The notes under the pieces are model-generated. The model saw only the letters and a list, made by a program, of their open reading frames with translations. It had not been told where the DNA came from and ran no database searches. From assembly GCA_038227875.1 (NCBI GenBank), contig JBBRPR010000038.1, positions 1 to 64,000 on the forward strand: a DNA stretch of 64,000 nucleotides. The letters are read 5' to 3'. This document shows positions 46,253 to 54,039 of the stretch, one piece after another (position 1 is the first letter of the stretch; each line of letters starts with the position of its first letter). The translations under genes were made by a program, and so were the position numbers. This DNA is from Planctomycetota bacterium. GTDB taxonomy: Bacteria; Planctomycetota; SZUA-567; H5-PLA8.

Positions 46253-47416
46253 TCAATCGTCCCTATGTAGCCTTTTGGTGAGCTTCGTGATCTTGGCTTT
46301 CAAATCCGAATCGACAGCCAGCACATTGGCATGCACAACCCAGATCTTTGCGGCTTTCCACTGCCACCAATCGTCTTCCTCCGCGATCCAAAAGCAGCCC
46401 AGCGCCACGGCATCTTTATTCTCAATTTTGTCGGCAAGTTTGAGTATGTCCTCGTCCTTCAGCACACCCGACTTTCCGAGCCCATAGATTGTTTCTGCGC
46501 AGTGCAAGCCGTCCTGCTTCGGTGCACCGGTCACGAGTATGTCCTTCAATTTCGCCACCAACTCCGCCCGTTTTGCTATCACCTCCAAAGCGGCATCCAG
46601 CATCAACGCTTCGCCGTTCGGGCTGGCAGCCTTTTTATAATCAATCGGAGTGGAGTTTGATTTCAGAAAATTCGTTAGGAAGTCTTCAAACCACGCATCG
46701 ACAGCCGGATCCTTTAACGACGCCAATGCTTCCATGAGATTGCGCATGCGATAAGAAGGAAAATACGGTTCCTCGGTTTTCAACAGCTCTGGCCGGAGTG
46801 CATCGGCGGCATGAATCAGTGCTGCAACGGCCCCATCTGAATGTTCGAGGACGTACGCCTTGCCACCGCGTGTGGACTCGACGCTGATGCCTTGAATGCG
46901 TTTGATCGCCTCGGCGAGATCTTTGATCTGCGACTTGGGATCACGAGAATCTCGCTGGCGCTGTTTCGGCCGTGGAGCTTCCGGATCCTTTTCGGCTTGT
47001 TCAGCGGTTAATCGGTCTGCCGCGTCAGCGTCTTTGTCCTCAATCTCCAATGACGCCAGAAAGCGAACTTCGTCTTCGTAGTCGAGCGTGAGAACTGGAA
47101 ATTCAGGACCCATATAATGCACGTTCAGGTATAGAATTTCCTTGTTCACATCCCCACCGTCGATGGAACGCATCCGCGCTGCGCTGATCTTATCGCCCGG
47201 CTTGTGCGTGCCGCGAATCGTCTTCACGACCTGAAATTGCGCGACTTCTTTTTCCGCGTCGTAACTGAGCACCTTTACAACATAGATCTCCGAAGCGAGG
47301 CTGACCGAACTGGCCAGATAGTTATGAATGTTTCAAGCCGGACACGCGCGCGCTGGCGCGGGGAATAGCATAGACATGCAGAGGGTCAGTATCAGGGCGA
47401 GTCGGAAATAGCGCAT
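46253..47416 (-). CDS. Secreted protein with an in-frame TGA at codon 28 (candidate selenoprotein, CxxU; alternatively a nonsense pseudogene)
   Basis: GGGAGG RBS, ATG 47416, signal peptide MRYFRLALILTLCMSMLFPAPARA, then C-P-A-TGA (47335-47333), continuing in frame into the 339-aa track ORF 46253-47272. Confidence 0.75.
47301..47317 (-). promoter_or_regulatory. Bacterial SECIS-like hairpin
   Basis: CUGGCC-AGUUC-GGUCAG; the loop starts 21 nt after the UGA and has G at position 2 followed by U. Confidence 0.55.
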
Positions 47417-47728
47417 CGCGGCAGCCTCCCATAAAGTTCGTGAATCCTTCACACCATTGCGTTGCGTCGAGTCACGCGAGCAGTTGCATACGACTCAAAA
47501 ATATTTTTCAAATTTATCCGCCTAACCACCCCCTCGGCGGAGATATATCCAATGAAAGGGGTGAGGACAATGCGCTCGGCAAGTTCATCCGAAATACCGC
47601 TGTCCTGCACCCGTGCACAAGATTTGACTGAGGATTTTTCACAATTCAGTGCTGAAGTCAGCCGATGCTCAGTTTGATCTTTTGATGGGAACTGGCGGCA
47701 GGAAAAGCTAAAGAACGAGGAGCGAATC

Positions 47729-47959
47729 ATGGAACTTCAACCGCGCATCGGACAACGGGTACGCCGCATTCAATCCTGGGAACGCGCCGGCATGGAAGGC
47801 CAGCCCACCGGCCCGGAACTGACCATCGTCAACGTTTTCCCCGGCGCCGATTTCGCCATCTGCAAACTCTCCGACGGACGCCACGAATTCGAATTCAACC
47901 TCGTCGCCTCCGCCTTCTCGTTCACCCAGAACAATCCGGTCCATCTTGCCGCGAGCTGA
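47729..47959 (+). CDS. Small hypothetical protein (76 aa)
   Basis: GAGGAG RBS, genome-typical codon usage, fills the gap before the convergent gene. Confidence 0.7.
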   Translation: MELQPRIGQRVRRIQSWERAGMEGQPTGPELTIVNVFPGADFAICKLSDGRHEFEFNLVASAFSFTQNNPVHLAAS

Positions 47960-47966
47960 TTGAGCG

Positions 47967-50900
47967 TCACTTTTCTGTAGGAGCCTGCCCTGAGCTCGTC
48001 GAAGGGCTTGTCGAAGGGCCCACCAGCACCAAGTCGCTCACCTCCATCGTCTGCTCCATATCTCCTGAAATCAGCCCGACCCCCAGCGTCGTGATCCGAT
48101 CCAGATGCAGCGGCTCGTTCTGCATCCCCGGCGTGAAATAACGCAGCGTCTCAAACGGAATGTAAACCGTGTGCCACTTCCCGTCCGCGACGAACAGATC
48201 GTTGGCGCGAATGTCGCTGTGCCCGTCAACCAGGATCAGCATGATGCTCCGCCCGCCGCGCTTCAGCACGCGGCCGCGCAGCACAATTCCGGACGTGTTC
48301 TTCGCGTCGATCGGCTTGGGCACCGTGAAGTACGGGTACGCCCACGCGTCGCCGGCGCGGTGGAATGTCACATCCATGCGCCAGATCTTGCCGTCAGGGC
48401 TGGAGAACACTTCCTTGGAATCCCCGCCGCCGCGCACCTGCCAGCGCTTCAGCTCCGCGATCGGCAGCGCGTCCTGCCGCGGAAAACGCGCCAGAATCTC
48501 ATCGCGCTCCCCTTCGACCAGAAACGGCAGCGCCAGCGGCAGAATGTTCGGCGCGGCGTCGCAGCTCGCGGTGATGCGAATCAAGCGGGCTTCGCACACA
48601 TCCAGAGCGGCCGACGCGTCCACCGTCCACGACGCTTCAGCGATGGCGTGTGCCGCGAGGGTCACCGGCGCGTGCGCGAATTCCTTCGACCCCGCGCCCG
48701 GCAGATGCAGCGTCGGCGTCACCGTCAGCGGCGCATCGCCGAGATTCTGTAGCCGCACCGTCAGCGGCAACGCCGCGGCCGTGGCCCGGTCGACAAAATA
48801 CGCCCGCTTGGAAATCTCACCCACCTTCGGCGAGTACGAAAACTGCAGCACCACCGGCGAAGCCGGCGCGCGCTTCGGCAGCGCCGTGCGGCTGGCCGCC
48901 AGCAACGCCGCCGCCGGCGTCTTGGTATTCAATGCCTCACCCAGTGTCCCGCGCGCAAACCACACGTAGCCCAGTCCATCCGGAAGCGGACAAGCGCCGT
49001 CGGCCGAAAGTTTCAACACGCGCCCATCGGCGCCGCTCACGCGCAGCGGCACCGCCGGCAATTTGACTTCGCACTTCGGGTCCACGTTCTCCGTATACAG
49101 CACTGCGACGTCCTCGCCGTCCTGGTTGGAAAACACGCGCGCCAGCCGCACGCGCGGATCATCGACGCGCAAATCCCCGCTGTAGTCGCGTCCAGCAAGA
49201 GCGTCCGCGCACCACGCGTACGCCGCGAACGAACGCAGCGGCGTCACTTCGCGACCGAACATGCTGAAACTTTTGATTCCGCCTTCCTCGTAAAACGGCA
49301 GGCAGAACGGAAAGTAGCGCGCCACGCCGCACGCGCGCGCTTCCACCGCTTTCGCGCTGATCTCCCGCGCGCTGTCGCGGTCCTGATCCAGCGGCGGGCG
49401 GCTGGGCCCCAGCACCCACGGATGCCCGCACTCCGTCACCCAGATCGGCAGTCCCGACTTGCCCGCTCCCGTCACGTACTCGCGGCACGCCTGGATCTGC
49501 CCCTGCACCAACGGCGCGCGATCGTACTGATGGACCGACAGCGCATCGAGACACTCCAGCATCCCGTTGGCGGTGCACGCGTCGTAGTACGAACCTTGCG
49601 GCACATTCGCAAACACGCCGCCCACCGTCAGTCGGTGCGGCTCGCTGTGATCGGCCGCGTACGCCTGAGCTTTGCACATCACCGCGTACTGATCGGCCGG
49701 CATGCCGGGCATCGCCAGATCCGGCTCGTTGCCCACTTCACCCGCCGCCCAGCCCTGCCCCCAGCGCACCGTCAGCGCCGACCACGCCGTCGCCGTCTCG
49801 ACCAGATTCTGTGAAAAACTGTGATTCAACCCCGGCTCAAAATGCGCCGGCTCACCCGACATCAGTTCCAGCACCTCCACGCCGGCGTCGCGGTACATCT
49901 TGCGCAGCGCGTCGCTCTGCCGCTTGCCGTTCTGCCAGTCGTACTCGCCCGGCTTGGGGTTGATCGCATTCATGCTCAGCCGTTCACGCGCGACGCCAAT
50001 GCCCGTACGCTTGAGCGCCGCGATCAGCCCCGCGCGCATCTTCTCGCGCGTCTCGAGCGTGGAGAGTGCCGCGTCGATCCCGAAAAACGGATCCGCGCGC
50101 CCACCTAGCCCGGTGTGAGCTTTCATCGCGAGCACGCCAAACGCCTGATGCGTCGGCCCAAACGCAATTTCATAATACCCGCGCGGCAGATTCACCGGCA
50201 CCGCCAGCGTGCCGTCCGCCGCGAACACCGCGTCGCCGCTCGCGACGGTCTTTCCCGTGTAATCGCTCACCGTGTACGGCACGCGCTCGCTGGGCCCGCG
50301 CACCGCCGCCGTCCAGCGTAGCGTCACCGGAACATCCGGATCGATCAGCAGCGCCGCGAGGTCCACGGGCTCCAGCCCCGCCACCGTCGCGCTCTCCACC
50401 GTGATCTGAAAATTCCGGATCAGCGGCGCGTTGGGCGTCACCGGCTCGTTGAAACGAAAACCCGCCTCCGTGGATGCCTGCGCCGATGCGCTGCCCGGAA
50501 ATGCTTTCGCGTCGAGCACCGTCGTGCCATTCAGCCGCGCCGTCACCGTCCGCGCTTCCGTATCGAGGACCAGCTCAGCCAGATTGAAACCCTTCTTCAC
50601 CAGCGCCGCGTCCGTTTTGGGAATCAGATTGGTCTTGCCTACCATCAGCGCGTACCCGCCCTCGCGAATCGAAAACAGCACCTCGTATGATTTCCAGAAA
50701 TCGCTCGACAGATTGCCGTGCCCGAAAGCCAATCCCGCAAAACCGCACCCCGCCGGATCCAGTTCCGCGCGCAGCGTGATCTTCCCCGCGATCGCCGGAA
50801 TCGGCAGATGCCCGCCGCCCGGCGAAGCGTTCGACATCGTCGCGCCCTTCGCCGTCACCAGCACTCCGCTGAACGCCGTCCACGCCGGCTTCCCCGCGCC

Positions 50901-51050
50901 GAGTTCTCGTCCCTCCAGAGCCACATTCGCCGGCGCGATCAACGTGTCCGGAAAAACCAGCGCGCCGGCCGAGACCGGAGCGGGCGTCTCCGCCGCTGAC
51001 AGCGCAGCAAACATCATGAACGCGGCGAGCACAGCGCAGATCGTTTTCAT
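47967..51050 (-). CDS. Secreted clan GH-A-like (GH39/GH5-like) glycoside hydrolase with CBM-like C-terminus
   Basis: Signal peptide from ATG 51050 (ATGA overlap with the LacI stop); EVGNEPD, LSVHQY and IWVTECG motifs; WHTVYIPF CBM11-like end. Confidence 0.8.
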   Translation of the reverse strand: MKTICAVLAAFMMFAALSAAETPAPVSAGALVFPDTLIAPANVALEGRELGAGKPAWTAFSGVLVTAKGATMSNASPGGGHLPIPAIAGKITLRAELDPAGCGFAGLAFGHGNLSSDFWKSYEVLFSIREGGYALMVGKTNLIPKTDAALVKKGFNLAELVLDTEARTVTARLNGTTVLDAKAFPGSASAQASTEAGFRFNEPVTPNAPLIRNFQITVESATVAGLEPVDLAALLIDPDVPVTLRWTAAVRGPSERVPYTVSDYTGKTVASGDAVFAADGTLAVPVNLPRGYYEIAFGPTHQAFGVLAMKAHTGLGGRADPFFGIDAALSTLETREKMRAGLIAALKRTGIGVARERLSMNAINPKPGEYDWQNGKRQSDALRKMYRDAGVEVLELMSGEPAHFEPGLNHSFSQNLVETATAWSALTVRWGQGWAAGEVGNEPDLAMPGMPADQYAVMCKAQAYAADHSEPHRLTVGGVFANVPQGSYYDACTANGMLECLDALSVHQYDRAPLVQGQIQACREYVTGAGKSGLPIWVTECGHPWVLGPSRPPLDQDRDSAREISAKAVEARACGVARYFPFCLPFYEEGGIKSFSMFGREVTPLRSFAAYAWCADALAGRDYSGDLRVDDPRVRLARVFSNQDGEDVAVLYTENVDPKCEVKLPAVPLRVSGADGRVLKLSADGACPLPDGLGYVWFARGTLGEALNTKTPAAALLAASRTALPKRAPASPVVLQFSYSPKVGEISKRAYFVDRATAAALPLTVRLQNLGDAPLTVTPTLHLPGAGSKEFAHAPVTLAAHAIAEASWTVDASAALDVCEARLIRITASCDAAPNILPLALPFLVEGERDEILARFPRQDALPIAELKRWQVRGGGDSKEVFSSPDGKIWRMDVTFHRAGDAWAYPYFTVPKPIDAKNTSGIVLRGRVLKRGGRSIMLILVDGHSDIRANDLFVADGKWHTVYIPFETLRYFTPGMQNEPLHLDRITTLGVGLISGDMEQTMEVSDLVLVGPSTSPSTSSGQAPTEK
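47983..48018 (-). repeat. REP-like repeat embedded in frame at the 3' end of the hydrolase gene
   Basis: CCCTTCGACAAG-CCCTTCGACGAGCTCAGGGCAGGC, with a partial duplication, encoding PSTSPSTSSGQA. Confidence 0.6.
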
Positions 51051-52090
51051 TTCGGGATTCCTGTACACGACGCACGTTCAACAATTTTCGGAGACAAGCG
51101 GATCGTCCTAAACGGACTCGGCGGAATCTTCCCCGCGATCACGTCCAGCAGCAGCGCGATCGCCGCCCGGCCGTTTCCGCGCGCTTCCAGAGAAACAGAA
51201 GTGATCGGCACCGGCCCGCTCGCATCCCGCGGCGCGTCGTCGAAACCCAACACGCTCATCCCCGACGGCACGCCGATTTCCGCCACGCGCAGCCCCATCA
51301 CCACCGCGCGCGCCAGCATGTCGTCGGCCGCGTAGATCGCCGTGGGCCGCTCCGCCGCAGGACGCTCACGCAGCGGAATGGCGAACTCCACGCCGCCGTA
51401 CTCGTTGTCGCCCGTCTCGAAAATATCCGCCGCATCCACGCGCGCGCCGACCGCCAGCAGCGCGTCGCGCAGCCGCTGCAGCCGGTTGCGGTGAAGTTCC
51501 CCGCGCAGCCCGGGCACCCGCGTCGCCGTCGCGATCCCAATGCGCCGATGCCCCAGCCCGACGAGATAGTCCGCGCCCAGCTTCAGCGCCGAGAATTCCG
51601 ACATGCCGACGAGGTGCCCCATCTTGGACGGCCCGCCCAGAATCACGAACGGCATCCGCGCCGCATGCAACTTCTCGACCGTCGCTTTCAGTTGCTCGTT
51701 GGATCCGCCGGCCGGGCACCAGATCACGCCGTCGACGCGGTTTTCGCAAAACTGGAGCAGCCCGGCGAGTTCGCGCTGCGGATCCCAATCGCAGAATTTG
51801 ATCGCGATGGCATTCTTGCTCTGCTCCGCCGCCGCCTGAAATTCTTCCAGATGCGGCGCGAAAAACTGATTCTCCATCCCCGGCAGCATCACGCCGATGA
51901 CCCGCGAGCGCCCGCTGGAGAGCGCGCTGGCCAATTGATTGGGCACATAATTCATCCGCCGCGCCACATCCGCAACGCGCAGCCGCGTCTGCTCCGCAAT
52001 CCGCCGATCGCCCCGCAACGCCAGCGAGACGGTGGAATTATCCAACCCGGTCTCCCGAGCCACTTCGACGATGGTGACGCGCTTCCCCAT
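51047..52090 (-). CDS. LacI family transcriptional regulator
   Basis: VTIVEVARETGLDNSTVSLALRG HTH, YVPNQLA hinge, LGHRRIG, SVLGFDD. Confidence 0.95.
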   Translation of the reverse strand: MGKRVTIVEVARETGLDNSTVSLALRGDRRIAEQTRLRVADVARRMNYVPNQLASALSSGRSRVIGVMLPGMENQFFAPHLEEFQAAAEQSKNAIAIKFCDWDPQRELAGLLQFCENRVDGVIWCPAGGSNEQLKATVEKLHAARMPFVILGGPSKMGHLVGMSEFSALKLGADYLVGLGHRRIGIATATRVPGLRGELHRNRLQRLRDALLAVGARVDAADIFETGDNEYGGVEFAIPLRERPAAERPTAIYAADDMLARAVVMGLRVAEIGVPSGMSVLGFDDAPRDASGPVPITSVSLEARGNGRAAIALLLDVIAGKIPPSPFRTIRLSPKIVERASCTGIPK

Positions 52091-52102
52091 AATTTCCCGC
52101 CC

Positions 52103-52124
52103 AAAATTCAAACGTTTGAATTTT
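52103..52124. promoter_or_regulatory. LacI-type operator (probable autoregulation)
   Basis: Perfect 22-bp palindrome AAAATTCAAACGTTTGAATTTT with the central CG typical of LacI operators, between a minus-strand TTGACA (52148-52143) and the start codon. Confidence 0.75.
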
Positions 52125-52305
52125 TAGCGAAATTGAGCCCATTGTCAATCCTATTCGCCGCTTCTGGACCGGCCTTTCGCCAACCCACTCCGGGTGGGTG
52201 AGCAACGCGAACAAGAACCTCTTAAATAAGTTCGCTTCAGCAAACACCGTTCCGGAGAACACGGAAGCACGGTCTAATGCCACCACGATCAGTGCCGTTG
52301 CTGTT

Positions 52306-52334
52306 CTTAGCGTCTTTGCGGCTTTGCGTGAGAT
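52306..52334. repeat. Short intergenic repeat, copy 1
   Basis: Ends GCGGCTTTGCGTGAGAT; second copy at 61222-61250. Confidence 0.55.
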
Positions 52335-52463
52335 CAAGACGTACAGCCACAACAATCACGCGCAGCAGGGCGGATTCGAGATTTTCTCCAAATTCCCCCT
52401 CCAAAATTTGCAATCCCGCAATCGCGTGGGGTAAAGTGGTTGTTCACCTTTGGAGGACTTCTG

Positions 52464-52801
52464 ATGAGCGACGAAACGCCAGAGGAAACGCCCCCCCGGT
52501 GGCGCAAGAAGAGCAAGACCCGCAAGACCCGCAAGACGAGCAGGAGCCGCAGGAAGAACGCCTCTGCCAACGCTGTAACGCCGTGATCCCCGCTGAGCGC
52601 GTCGAAGCGCTCCCCGACACCGAAGTCTGCATCGCCTGCAGCACCGCCATCGGCGGCGAATTCAAACTCGCCGTCATCCCCGACAGCATCGGGAAAAGCA
52701 CCAGCATGAAGAAAAATTACGGCGTCTTCTCCCTCCAGAAAACGCGCAAGCGCATCTGGCCGGTGAAGCCCAAGCCCCCTCAGCCGAACCCGGACGCATA
52801 A
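52464..52801 (+). pseudogene. TraR/DksA C4-type zinc finger protein, frameshifted at a C7 run
   Basis: GGAGG RBS and ATG 52464 are out of frame with CQRC...IPAERVEALPDTEVCIAC; one extra C in 52491-52497 restores a single ORF. Confidence 0.75.
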
Positions 52802-52851
52802 AGCCGCGTCCGCCTCGCGGCGCAACCGTGGACTCCAAGACAATTTTGAAT

Positions 52852-52911
52852 TTTGAATTCTTAATTTTGAATCGCTGCCGCCGCGAAGTAATTCAAAATT
52901 AAGAATTCAAA
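52852..52911. repeat. Perfect 21-bp AT-rich inverted repeat built from ATTTTGA-like heptamers
   Basis: TTTGAATTCTTAATTTTGAAT (52852-52872) and ATTCAAAATTAAGAATTCAAA (52891-52911). Confidence 0.75.
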
Positions 52912-52980
52912 TTTGTCTGAAAGCCGCATGCAAGCATGAACTGTTGAAGACTCACGCGCCGCCATTACGATGGCCCACGC

Positions 52981-54015
52981 ATGGCCTATCAGCTCCTGGC
53001 ACCGATGAACGTCTTCTTCCTGCTGATCCTCGTGCCGGCGGCGCTGGCCTGCGGAGCGTGGGTGTTTGATCCGGTCAGAACCATCAAAAATTCCCGCGCC
53101 AAATGGCAATGCCAGTTGCCGGATGTGCTCCTGCTGATCGGACAACTGGGCCTGGCCGGAGCACTCGTCTTCCGCCTCGAACCGGAATTCAGTGTCGTCG
53201 AAGAAGTGCTGGGGCTCTTTCTGCTCTGGGCGCTGATGGCGCTGTGGTGGTATATGGGCATCCGCGCGCTCTCGCGTGGCGCCGTCTCCGATCCGCTCCG
53301 CCGCTTCGTCATTCTGGGCATCATTTGCCCGGTCCTGTATTGCTGGCCGCTGAGCGAACTGGTGGTCAATCCGTTGTTCATGGTCATCTTCGGAAATGTG
53401 TTTCTCGTTATTCCCGCGCTGATGATGTTTGTCCTGTTCCGCTTCTGCCGATCGATCGTGAAATGGGCGGTGACGCCACCACCGCCTGCGCCACCCGAAC
53501 TACCCGATCAACCCGATCAACCCGCCCAACCCGCGACGGGTCTGCGCTCCGCGCGGCTCCGGCCCATCTACTTCTCCGCCTGCATTCTCACGTCGGCGCT
53601 GGTCGTGGTCGGCGCCACCGCGCCGCTCTGGTGCGACGTGACCATCGGTCCGGTCTACTACGTCACCGCCCTCCGCCGTTTCCGCGGCGCCATGCGCCGC
53701 AGCGCCGACATTCCCGCGATCCAAGCCTGGCTGAAAAGCCGCGCCGCGACGATCGCTCCGGCCAGCGTCACCGGCAACACGAGCGGCAACAACATCCGTG
53801 AAATCCTGGAGCAAGAGCGACCCGAATGTCTCCAGCACTTGTCGCACCGCGCTTACTACAACAATTCCGGCGCCCTCCGCTTAACCTGGGGCGGCGGCTT
53901 CGGCCACTGGGGGCTGGACGTGGCTCTCCCCGGCACACCCATGCCCCCCAGCACCGGCCGCGAATACCACCTGCACCTCAGCGACGGCGCCTGGGTCTGG
54001 CACGAGATTCAGCAA
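52981..54015 (+). CDS. Multi-pass membrane protein; expected stop near 54013-54015 is missing
   Basis: About six hydrophobic helices, a Pro/Gln linker and a soluble domain ending DGAWVWHEIQ. The track ORF continues to 55851, almost entirely as antisense of the next gene. Confidence 0.6.
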
Positions 54016-54039
54016 GCACGATCCAAAACTCGACGACCG

